Positions 1-7,945 of a DNA stretch of 36,529 nucleotides are shown here, piece by piece. The notes beneath the pieces were generated by a model. The model was not told the DNA's origin. It was given only the letters and a program-made list of their open reading frames with translations, and did not search any database. Location of the stretch: the NCBI GenBank assembly GCA_003697105.1, contig RFFQ01000096.1, positions 1 to 36,529 of the forward strand, given 5' to 3'. A program made the position numbers and the translations under genes. How positions within the stretch are numbered: position 1 is the stretch's first letter; every line of letters starts with the position of its first letter. Origin of the DNA: Gemmatimonadota bacterium. GTDB lineage: Bacteria; 4572-55; J002.

Positions 1-17
1 GGATGTTTATTTTCCAT
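1..17 (-). CDS. 5' end of a divergently transcribed gene (MENKH...), runs off the window; product unknown
   Basis: Minus-strand ATG at 17-15, preceded at 6 nt by a strong SD AAGGAGG (cctcctt at 24-30 on +). Only 5 full codons are visible. Confidence 0.6.
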
Positions 18-83
18 AAGGAACCTCCTTGATTGAATTTGTAAATTTATCAGTTAGTTACGTTTTCTTATTTTGTTTTGTGT

Positions 84-112
84 TTGACAATTTTTAAGGT
101 TTGTGGTACTGT
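84..112 (+). promoter_or_regulatory. sigma70-type promoter TTGACA-17-TACTGT with extended -10 TG
   Basis: TTGACA 84-89, 17-nt spacer, TG at 104-105, TACTGT 107-112. Implies the ORF-track GTG start at 103 is not the true start. Confidence 0.6.
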
Positions 113-177
113 ATCTCAACACCATAATCAATGGTTCCGCAAAAATGTATATGGTAATGTATAGGATGATGTCCCCA

Positions 178-753
178 ATGCAAACCGAACTCAAACGCAA
201 AGCGATTCACTTTTGGGGGGGGGTGTGTATTCCTCTTGGATATTATTTTTATCCGGCTGACCGGCTGGATGAAGCCCGGTATCTGATTTGGAGCGTTGCC
301 GTTGTTGCGGTATGCATCGATGTCCTCCGCTTGCATGTGGCACGGGTTCGTCATTATTTTCTTCGTGCTTTTGGAACGTTGTTGCGTCCCCATGAACAGA
401 CTCAACTAACTGCCGCCTCATATTTGCTGATGGCGTGCGCGCTAAGTGTGTCTATTTTCCCACACCGTATTGCCGTGACCGCCTTGATGTTTTTGGTGGT
501 AGGGGACACGGCGGCGGCGCTGGTAGGCACGTCGTTGGGTCGAATTCGGTTTGGTGACAAATCCCTTGAAGGGAGCCTTGCATGTTTTAGTGTTTGCTTA
601 GGAGTCACCGGGCTGTTTATGAATTTTTCACTTCTGTTTTGCCTCATAGCGGCTACTATCGCCACACTCAGCGAGGCATTACCGGGGATGGATGATAACT
701 TTCAGATTCCGTTGATCTCCGGAGTTGCCCTCTGGACTTTAAGTAATATCTGA
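178..753 (+). CDS. CTP-dependent polyprenol/dolichol/phytol kinase-like integral membrane protein (SEC59/DGK1/VTE5-like); start uncertain (ATG 166/169/178)
   Basis: Motifs ELKRKAIH, GDTAAALVG, KSLEGS and DDNFQIPL, plus multiple hydrophobic helices. Confidence 0.8.
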   Translation: MQTELKRKAIHFWGGVCIPLGYYFYPADRLDEARYLIWSVAVVAVCIDVLRLHVARVRHYFLRAFGTLLRPHEQTQLTAASYLLMACALSVSIFPHRIAVTALMFLVVGDTAAALVGTSLGRIRFGDKSLEGSLACFSVCLGVTGLFMNFSLLFCLIAATIATLSEALPGMDDNFQIPLISGVALWTLSNI

Positions 754-868
754 ATAAAGCACTTTTAATGCCAATTTAATCAGTATGATATGCCGTTTGA
801 GGTAGATCATCTTTTTTATCAAGCAATTCTTACGTACCGCCAACCTATCAACGTGTTAGGATTTATTT

Positions 869-1828
869 ATGAATATTCTGTTTATGGGAACACCTGAATT
901 TGCTCTGGAAAGCTTAAAAGCTTTGGTCGAACACGGATGGAATGTGGTGGGTGTGGTCACCCAACCGGATCGTCCGGCGGGAAGGGGGCGTCAAGTGCGA
1001 TATTCACCGGTTAAAACGTATGCTCTGGCACAGCAGTTACCGGTTTACCAACCTCGGCGCGCCTCTCGAAAAGAGTTTGTTGAACAGGTGAAAGCAATGA
1101 ACGTGGATTTGATTGTGGTCGTGGCATATGGTCAACTGCTAAAAAAGCGATTTATCGATATACCTCCCAAAGGCGTGATCAATGTACATGCCTCGCTTTT
1201 ACCGGCGTACCGTGGAGCCGCCCCCATTCAGTGGGCTATTGTTTGTGGTGAGTCCGTAACCGGTATCACCACATTTTATATCGATGAAGGTATGGATTCG
1301 GGCGACATCATCTTAAAACGGGAACTGCCCATTCTACCGGATGAAACTGCCGGTGAACTTCACGACCGGCTGGCGATCCTAGGCGCGGAAGTACTATTAG
1401 ATACGGTTCGCCAGATTGCCGATGGTACCGCCCCCCGTATTCCGCAAGATCACAACCAAGCCACCTATTGCCGTCAATTGACCAAAGCGGATGGGCACAT
1501 CGATTGGACAAAAACGGCGGTTGAGGTTTACAACCATGTTCGAGGGATGACACCTTGGCCCAGCGCATTTACAACGCTTACAACTGCTAAAACACAGAAT
1601 CCACCGGTGCTTAAAATCTGCAAAGGGCATGTGTACGACCTACAAACCCAACCCAACACGACTCCCCCCGGTACGGTGGTAGCCGCCCATCCCAAAATTG
1701 GGATTCGGGTTCAAACCGGCCAAGGCATTTATGTTTTAGATGAGGTTCAACCGCCAAATAAACGTCGCATGACCGTTGCGGAGTATCTTGCTGGAAATAA
1801 AGTTACTGAAGGGGATCAATTCAGCTAA
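869..1828 (+). CDS. fmt: methionyl-tRNA formyltransferase
   Basis: FMGTPEFA, VVTQPDRPAGRG, INVHASLLPAYRGAAPIQWAI, MDSGDI. Confidence 0.97.
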   Translation: MNILFMGTPEFALESLKALVEHGWNVVGVVTQPDRPAGRGRQVRYSPVKTYALAQQLPVYQPRRASRKEFVEQVKAMNVDLIVVVAYGQLLKKRFIDIPPKGVINVHASLLPAYRGAAPIQWAIVCGESVTGITTFYIDEGMDSGDIILKRELPILPDETAGELHDRLAILGAEVLLDTVRQIADGTAPRIPQDHNQATYCRQLTKADGHIDWTKTAVEVYNHVRGMTPWPSAFTTLTTAKTQNPPVLKICKGHVYDLQTQPNTTPPGTVVAAHPKIGIRVQTGQGIYVLDEVQPPNKRRMTVAEYLAGNKVTEGDQFS

Positions 1829-1843
1829 TTTATTAAGGTCGAT

Positions 1844-4279
1844 ATGGAACGTTTCCCCGTATTACGCACCGTACTTTGGCTGATGTTGGGTATTCTTCTT
1901 GCCAATTATATGACCCTGCCGGTCGGCGTATGGATTACGTTGGCGACCTTTTTTTCCCTCCTAAGTCTTCTCACTCATTGGTTTTCGACCCGGTTTACCT
2001 CCCCTCTGGTTTCATCACTGGCAAACGTATTTCTGGGTTTATGTCTGATTGTTGCGGGTGGGTTAAGCTATATTGCCCGGGTTGATGTTCTGCCGCCAAA
2101 TCACATCCAGTATTTTCTCAACTTACCGCGACCAGTCTTTCTCACCGGAAAAATTGTTTCCGAAGTTCACCAAACGCCATATCGATCTGCCTTTGTGATG
2201 CACGTTGAGGTGATCGATACGGGAGGGTTACACTATCCAGTACAAGGTAACGTTGAGGTTGAGGTGAGCGATTCCGCGGGTGTATGGGCATTTGGCGACC
2301 GGGTGCGGATCAAAGGCCGGTTGCGAGCACCAGAGGAGGCTCGGAATCCATTTGCGTTTGACCGGCGTACGTTTCTGGCGCGGAAAGGTATTCATGGAGT
2401 TGTGCGGGTGTGGCGCAAGGCAGATGTGGACCCGTTGGGGCAAAATGACGGAAATTGGTTTCTGCTCTGGGCTGTGTTTCCGGTGAAGCGCCATATTGAA
2501 AACACCATTGATACGGTATTGAGTGGAAATAGTGCCGGATTACTCAAGGGGATTTTGTTAGGAGACCGCCAATCCTTGCCTTCACGAGTACAAGCTCTAT
2601 TTGCGGACGTGGGTGTCGTCCATGTTCTGGCGGTCTCTGGGTTGCACGTGGGCTTGATCGCTTTTATCATGTTGCTCCTTTTTCAATCCACCTGCCGGAT
2701 GGTACCCGGTTTACCCTTTGGATTACCGTATGTATTGACGTCACTTGTGCTTATCTATTATGTGATTTTGGTGGGTGCGCCTCCGTCTGCCATGCGGGCG
2801 TCAATTATGGTCTTTGCCTTTTTCGGTGGTATATGGTTGGAGCGTAAACTGATTTCGCTTAATACGCTTGCTATTGCCGCCTTATTCATTCTCGTTTTAT
2901 CGCCTCAAATGCTGTTTACCGTCGGTTTCCAGTTATCGTTTACCGCAACATTTGCCATTTTGTACTTACACCAACCCCTAAAACAGGGTTTTCCTTCAAG
3001 TTGGTTTCGCTTCTCATTTTTACGGTATATCATCGAACTTCTGATTGTATCCTGTGCGGCAGTATTGGGTACCATTCCCGTGTTAGCCTATACATTCAAT
3101 CAAATTTCACTGATTTCAGTGATTGCGAATCTTTTTGTTATCCCCCAGATGATGTTTGTGGTCGCGCTTGGTTTAACAAGCGTTGTTCTCGGGGCAATTC
3201 ACCCGGCATTGGCGTTGCCTTTTTTGGCGGTTGACTCGATTTTATTACAGTTTACTCTCTGGGTGGTGGAATGCTTTTCTGCCTTTCCGTATGCCGCTAT
3301 TAAAGTGCCCACACCATCATTGATTTTTACCGGTTTTTATTATGGATTACTGCTGACCGTGTTCCATGTGCGCCAATCGATCTTGGCACGGAAGGCGTTG
3401 GTTTGGGTCCTGTTGATCAGTGCTTCTGCTGGGGTCTGGTCACAGGTGCTTTCCCCAGACCTGCCGGGAGAGCGGTTGCAAGTGACATTTTTAGATGTTG
3501 GGCAAGGGGATTGTTCGGTGATCGAATTTCCAAACGGAAAAACGATGCTGATTGACGGCGGTGACCCCGGTAATGGCTATCGGGTGATTTTACCCTATCT
3601 TTGGAAACGAGGGATTCATCATGTGGATTATGTGGTTAATACCCATCCCCACCGCGACCATCTCGGTGGAATTATGGATATTTTACCGCATATTTCCATA
3701 GGCGAAGCGCTAGATAGTGGGCAGCCATACCTATCATATACCTATCTAACGTATTTGGGGCGGTTGAAAGCGCACAAAATTCCTCGAAAATCGCTGAAAA
3801 TTGGAGATACTTTAAAAATTGATCCAAATTGTGAAATAAAATGCTTGCATCCTGATGAGAAATTTATTACCAATACGTCCCGTTTTTCGGAAGAAGAAGG
3901 GTTTAATCTGAATAATGTGTCGGTTATTTTGAAGATTGAGTATGGTTCGGTTAGCTTTCTGTTTACCGGAGATGCCGAACAAGAAGTGGATGAATGGCTC
4001 ATCCAACGGTTTTTACCGGATGATCTGCGATCCACGGTGATTAAAGTGCCTCATCATGGGAGCCGAACATCGAGCACGGTTTCTCTTTTACGTTGGGTAC
4101 GCCCGCGAGTTGCCGTGATTCAATGTGGCGTTGGAAATAAATTTGGTCATCCAGACCCGGTGATACTCCAGCGATACCGGCAATTAGGCACTCGCCTTTA
4201 TCGAACAGATGTGGATGGGGCCATACGCATCCAAACCGATGGACACCAACTTTTGATAGAACCAACGCTTTCAAAATGA
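1844..4279 (+). CDS. comEC: DNA internalization competence protein ComEC/Rec2 (OB-fold, Competence membrane domain, metallo-beta-lactamase domain)
   Basis: HVLAVSGLHVG, GFQLSF, FLDVGQGD, THPHRDHLGG, LFTGD, KVPHHGS, NKFGHP, YRTDVDGAI. Confidence 0.95.
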   Translation: MERFPVLRTVLWLMLGILLANYMTLPVGVWITLATFFSLLSLLTHWFSTRFTSPLVSSLANVFLGLCLIVAGGLSYIARVDVLPPNHIQYFLNLPRPVFLTGKIVSEVHQTPYRSAFVMHVEVIDTGGLHYPVQGNVEVEVSDSAGVWAFGDRVRIKGRLRAPEEARNPFAFDRRTFLARKGIHGVVRVWRKADVDPLGQNDGNWFLLWAVFPVKRHIENTIDTVLSGNSAGLLKGILLGDRQSLPSRVQALFADVGVVHVLAVSGLHVGLIAFIMLLLFQSTCRMVPGLPFGLPYVLTSLVLIYYVILVGAPPSAMRASIMVFAFFGGIWLERKLISLNTLAIAALFILVLSPQMLFTVGFQLSFTATFAILYLHQPLKQGFPSSWFRFSFLRYIIELLIVSCAAVLGTIPVLAYTFNQISLISVIANLFVIPQMMFVVALGLTSVVLGAIHPALALPFLAVDSILLQFTLWVVECFSAFPYAAIKVPTPSLIFTGFYYGLLLTVFHVRQSILARKALVWVLLISASAGVWSQVLSPDLPGERLQVTFLDVGQGDCSVIEFPNGKTMLIDGGDPGNGYRVILPYLWKRGIHHVDYVVNTHPHRDHLGGIMDILPHISIGEALDSGQPYLSYTYLTYLGRLKAHKIPRKSLKIGDTLKIDPNCEIKCLHPDEKFITNTSRFSEEEGFNLNNVSVILKIEYGSVSFLFTGDAEQEVDEWLIQRFLPDDLRSTVIKVPHHGSRTSSTVSLLRWVRPRVAVIQCGVGNKFGHPDPVILQRYRQLGTRLYRTDVDGAIRIQTDGHQLLIEPTLSK

Positions 4280-4330
4280 GTGTAGCGCGGTTTTTGTCAT
4301 CATTTGGCAAAATTTATTCGAAATTAGGTA

Positions 4331-4359
4331 TTGACAATCACCTTTATATTTCCTATTAT
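4331..4359 (+). promoter_or_regulatory. sigma70 promoter TTGACA-17-TATTAT for thrT-rpmG-secE-nusG-rplKA...
   Basis: Perfect -35 at 4331-4336, 17-nt spacer, TATTAT at 4354-4359, about 55 nt upstream of the tRNA. Confidence 0.8.
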
Positions 4360-4413
4360 CCGACGCTAACTGTCCCTGTTTCAAAAATTGTCGCGGAACG
4401 ATTAAACTAAAGA

Positions 4414-4490
4414 GCCCACGTAGCTCAGTCGGTTAGAGTGCATCCTTGGTAAGGATGAGGTCACCAGTTCAACTCTGGTCGTGGGCTCCA
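4414..4490 (+). tRNA. thrT: tRNA-Thr(GGT)
   Basis: Acceptor stem GCCCACG/CGTGGGC, D arm GCTC..GAGT, anticodon arm CATCC-TTGGTAA-GGATG, T loop TTCAACT, encoded 3' CCA. Confidence 0.97.
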
Positions 4491-4528
4491 TTTCGTATTT
4501 AAAGGAAAAACAAGCGAGGAGTATATTA

Positions 4529-4681
4529 ATGCCACGCGATATTATTCGTCTCTCGTGTGATTCATGTAAACGTCGGAATTACAATACCACCAAAAACAAA
4601 CGGAAGCACCCGGAACGGTTGGAAGTCAAGAAATATTGCCCGTTTTGTCGTACCCATACCTTGCATAAGGAAACTCGCTAG
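4529..4681 (+). CDS. rpmG: 50S ribosomal protein bL33 (zinc-binding C+ form), 50 aa
   Basis: [13 protein letters not shown]...[17 protein letters not shown], with SD GAGGAG upstream. The ORF-track start at 4481 lies inside the tRNA. Confidence 0.96.
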   Translation: MPRDIIRLSCDSCKRRNYNTTKNKRKHPERLEVKKYCPFCRTHTLHKETR

Positions 4682-4728
4682 TGTCGGCGCTTCTATATTC
4701 AATGTGATTTGATGAAAGGTTTATACTG

Positions 4729-4932
4729 ATGGGAGACAAAGTTAAAGAATTTTTTCAGAAGAGCATGACTTTTTTGACGGAAGTCAAGGTGGAACTTGGT
4801 AAAGTGACGTGGCCCTCTCAAGGTGAACTGCAAGATTCAACTGTTGCTGTGTTTGTAACGGTGGTCTTTTTTTCGATATTCATCTTTGTATTTGATTGGG
4901 TTTTGAGTCGACTTCTTGATTTTATTTTCTAA
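4729..4932 (+). CDS. secE: preprotein translocase subunit SecE
   Basis: ELGKVTWPS motif plus a single TM helix; located before nusG. Confidence 0.95.
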   Translation: MGDKVKEFFQKSMTFLTEVKVELGKVTWPSQGELQDSTVAVFVTVVFFSIFIFVFDWVLSRLLDFIF

Positions 4933-4955
4933 TTGATTAAAGATGATACAGATTT

Positions 4956-5498
4956 ATGGAATGGTATGTTGTTCACACCTATTCAGGGCACGAGAATAAA
5001 GTAAAAAAAAGTATCGAGCGGGCAATTGCGACTCGTGAGGACTTAAAAGATAAGTTTGGGGAGATTTTAGTACCAACAGAAGATATTGTGGAAATGCGCG
5101 AAGGGAAAAAAGTCTCCATGTCGCGCAAGTACTATCCAAGTTATGTCATCATTCAGATGGAGATGACGAAGGAAACACAATATTTAGTGACGAATGTTAC
5201 GGGAGTAACTAGCTTTGTTGGCAGTGGCGCGGGCAAAAATTCTCGCCCCATCCCGCTTCGAGAATCTGAGGTAAAACGCTTACTTTCTCAAATTCGCAAA
5301 GATGAAGATAAAGAAGCGGTTGAAGTCCCCTTTAAAGTGGGGGATAGTGTGACGGTCATTGATGGTCCCTTCAAAGAATTTACCGGCAAGATTGAAGAAA
5401 TTAACCCCGAACGAAACAAAGTCAAAGTGATGGTTAGCATTTTTGGGCGGGCGACCCCTGTCGAATTTGACTTTTTGCAAGTAAAATTGATTCAGTAA
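4956..5498 (+). CDS. nusG: transcription elongation factor NusG
   Basis: WYVVHTYSGHENKV; KOW motif VIDGPFKEFTG; SIFGRATPVE. Confidence 0.97.
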   Translation: MEWYVVHTYSGHENKVKKSIERAIATREDLKDKFGEILVPTEDIVEMREGKKVSMSRKYYPSYVIIQMEMTKETQYLVTNVTGVTSFVGSGAGKNSRPIPLRESEVKRLLSQIRKDEDKEAVEVPFKVGDSVTVIDGPFKEFTGKIEEINPERNKVKVMVSIFGRATPVEFDFLQVKLIQ

Positions 5499-5522
5499 CG
5501 GTCGAATAAGGAGATTTATACT

Positions 5523-5957
5523 ATGGCGGCGCCAAAGAAGAAGCCCGTTGCCTTCATTAAAATTCAGTTACCGGCGGGGCAAGCTACTCCGGCACCTCCT
5601 GTCGGACCTGCCTTAGGTCAGCATGGGGTCAATATTGCTGATTTTTGTAAGGCGTTTAATGCGCGGACTCAAGCACAAGCCGGTTTAATTATTCCGGTTA
5701 TTATTTCAGTTTACCCCGACCGGTCTTATTCGTTTATTACTAAGACTCCTCCCGCCGCGGTGTTATTGCGGAAAGCGGCTGGGATTCCCAAAGGCTCGGG
5801 CGAACCAAACCGGAATAAAGTTGCCAAAGTGACCCGGGCGCAAGTGAAAGAGATCGCGGAATTAAAAATGAATGACCTCACCGCTTATGATCTGACTGGT
5901 GCAATGTCCATGATCGAGGGTACCGCTCGTAGCATGGGTATTGACGTGGTAGATTAA
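5523..5957 (+). CDS. rplK: 50S ribosomal protein uL11
   Basis: [20 protein letters not shown]. Confidence 0.98.
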   Translation: MAAPKKKPVAFIKIQLPAGQATPAPPVGPALGQHGVNIADFCKAFNARTQAQAGLIIPVIISVYPDRSYSFITKTPPAAVLLRKAAGIPKGSGEPNRNKVAKVTRAQVKEIAELKMNDLTAYDLTGAMSMIEGTARSMGIDVVD

Positions 5958-5982
5958 TGTCTTGACATAATCGCTTAACCAC
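5946..5982 (+). promoter_or_regulatory. putative uL1-binding autoregulatory RNA site upstream of rplA
   Basis: GUGGUAG-AUUAAUGU-CUUG-ACAUAAU-CGCUUA-ACCAC. The outer GUGGU/ACCAC helix, asymmetric loop and inner hairpin resemble the 23S rRNA L1 site. Confidence 0.6.
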
Positions 5983-6003
5983 ATTTTTAGGAGATGTTCC
6001 ATT

Positions 6004-6714
6004 ATGCCAAAGCATACACGTCGCTTCAAAGAAGCGCTATCAAAAGTTCCCGCTGAACCGGTATCCGACTTGGACACAGCGTTGAACTTGGTGAAAGAGT
6101 GTGCGACTGCAAAATTTGACGAAACCATTGAAATGGCGGCAAAGTTGGGAGTAAATCCACGAAAAGCCGAAGAAATGGTTCGTACCACGGTAGTCTTGCC
6201 TCATGGTGTCGGGAAGACGGTTCGGGTGTTGGTGTTCGCCGAAGGAGACGCCGCTCGAGATGCCGAAAATGCCGGAGCTGATTTTGTAGGCGCCGATGAT
6301 TTAATTACAAAAATTCAACAAGAAAATTGGCTTGATTTTGATGTGGCGATTGCAACCCCCAATATGATGGGGCGTTTGAAAAACTTGGGACGTGTTTTGG
6401 GTCCGCGAGGACTCATGCCGAACCCGAAAGCCGGTACGCTAACGACAGATGTGGCGCGTGCCGTTGAGGAAGCAAAAGCCGGTAAAATTGAGTTTCGCAC
6501 GGATCGAACGGCAAATGTGCATGTTCCGGTCGGCAAAGCCTCATTTGATGTCCCGAAATTACATGATAATGTTGTGGCGTTTTTGCAAGCTTTGTTAAAA
6601 GCAAAACCTGCCTCCGCCAAGGGTACGTATATTCGGAGCTTAACGCTTAGCTCTACCATGGGTCCTGCCATCCGGCTGGATGTGCCCGCGATAGTCAATC
6701 AAGTAAAAGCATAA
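6004..6714 (+). CDS. rplA: 50S ribosomal protein uL1
   Basis: [28 protein letters not shown]. Confidence 0.98.
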   Translation: MPKHTRRFKEALSKVPAEPVSDLDTALNLVKECATAKFDETIEMAAKLGVNPRKAEEMVRTTVVLPHGVGKTVRVLVFAEGDAARDAENAGADFVGADDLITKIQQENWLDFDVAIATPNMMGRLKNLGRVLGPRGLMPNPKAGTLTTDVARAVEEAKAGKIEFRTDRTANVHVPVGKASFDVPKLHDNVVAFLQALLKAKPASAKGTYIRSLTLSSTMGPAIRLDVPAIVNQVKA

Positions 6715-6734
6715 CGAAGCAGGAGTTAGGGATC

Positions 6735-7277
6735 ATGAAACGAAGTGATAAAACGATTGTAGTAAATCAAGTGGCGGCGAAGCTTCAAAATGCACAAGCC
6801 ATCTATCTGGCGGATTTTACCGGTCTGAATGTCGCTTCTATCTCGGATTTGCGCAATAAATTTCGGGAAGAAGCGGCGAAACACGGAATTGAACTTGAGT
6901 TCCAAGTTATCAAAAATACGTTGATTCGGATCGCGGCTGCCGAAGCAGGTATTGAAGGTTTAGAACCTTACTTAGAAGGCCCTACAGCCGTTGCATTTAG
7001 TTCCGATATTGCCGTGCCGGCAAAAGTGCTGACAGACTTTTCAAAAGAGCATGACGGATTACCTCAGGTAAAAGCCGGTGTGGTGGAAGGTGACCTTTTT
7101 ACAGCAGACCAAGTTAAACAATTAGCGACGTTGCCACCTCGAGAAGTGCTGCTGTCTCAATTACTGGGTTCGTTGCAATCTCCCATTCAAGGATTGGCAA
7201 GTGTCTTACAACAGACGGTCAGCAAATTTGTCCGCGTTGTGGATGCTATTGCGAAGGAAAAAGAAACTCAATCCTGA
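6735..7277 (+). CDS. rplJ: 50S ribosomal protein uL10
   Basis: DFTGL, VIKNTL, LEGPTA, LATLP. The long C-terminal helix would fit three L12-dimer binding segments. Confidence 0.96.
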   Translation: MKRSDKTIVVNQVAAKLQNAQAIYLADFTGLNVASISDLRNKFREEAAKHGIELEFQVIKNTLIRIAAAEAGIEGLEPYLEGPTAVAFSSDIAVPAKVLTDFSKEHDGLPQVKAGVVEGDLFTADQVKQLATLPPREVLLSQLLGSLQSPIQGLASVLQQTVSKFVRVVDAIAKEKETQS

Positions 7278-7345
7278 TAAACAATATATCTTCATCTAAT
7301 TCATCCTCATTTCACTTACTGTTAAACGGAGGTTTGTTGTAAAAA

Positions 7346-7729
7346 ATGTCCGATAAAATCCAACAAATCGTAGAACTTGTTGAGAGTATGACTGTACTTG
7401 AACTCGTTGAGCTTGTTAAAACTCTGGAAGACAAGTTTGGTGTTACTGCCGCCGCACCCGTCGCCGTGGCTGCAGGTCCAATTGCCGGCGGTGCCGCCGC
7501 GGAAGAAGCTGAAGAACAAACGGAATTTGATGTGATTCTACAAAGCTTTGGCGATAAGAAAATCCAAGTGATTAAAGCGGTTCGCGAGGTTACTGACTTG
7601 GGCTTGAAAGAAGCAAAGGAACTCGTGGACAACTTACCTAAGCCCCTCAAGGAAAAGATCAGCAAAGAAGACGCTGAAAAAATCAAAGAAAAAATTGAAG
7701 CCGCCGGTGGGCAGGTTGATATAAAATAA
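7346..7729 (+). CDS. rplL: 50S ribosomal protein bL12
   Basis: [31 protein letters not shown]. Confidence 0.98.
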   Translation: MSDKIQQIVELVESMTVLELVELVKTLEDKFGVTAAAPVAVAAGPIAGGAAAEEAEEQTEFDVILQSFGDKKIQVIKAVREVTDLGLKEAKELVDNLPKPLKEKISKEDAEKIKEKIEAAGGQVDIK

Positions 7730-7748
7730 TTTTTGTGGCTTAGATATT

Positions 7749-7810
7749 GGGATATTGGGACTTCCGCCATAAACCGGCAGGATGTTCCCATTATCCCTTT
7801 CTTAGTTTTT
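7749..7810 (+). terminator. putative attenuator/terminator hairpin between rplL and rpoB
   Basis: GGGATA-TTGGGA...TTCCCA-TTATCCC stem (7749-7797) followed by TTTCTTAGTTTTT. Confidence 0.5.
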
Positions 7811-7945
7811 GGGTTTAATATTTTTAGCTTCTTCTTACTCCAATTTTAAAGTTGATTATGTGCTCTTATTCCCAGAGTGGCTCAACTTTAGTATTTATCC
7901 TGTTATGGATACCAACAACCTCATGATTAAGGAAGGTGAAGCTCA

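Noticed and set aside
4481-4528. N-terminal extensions given by the ORF track for rpmG (also rpoC 12110, rplW 22467, rplV 23982, rplX 26386, kinase 103)
   Set aside because: The upstream starts overlap a tRNA, a promoter or the previous gene, or lack an SD. The downstream starts match homolog N-termini.
5962-5990. TTGACA in the rplK-rplA spacer as an internal promoter
   Set aside because: No acceptable -10 at 16-18 nt; the sequence is explained as the loop and stem of the L1-site hairpin.
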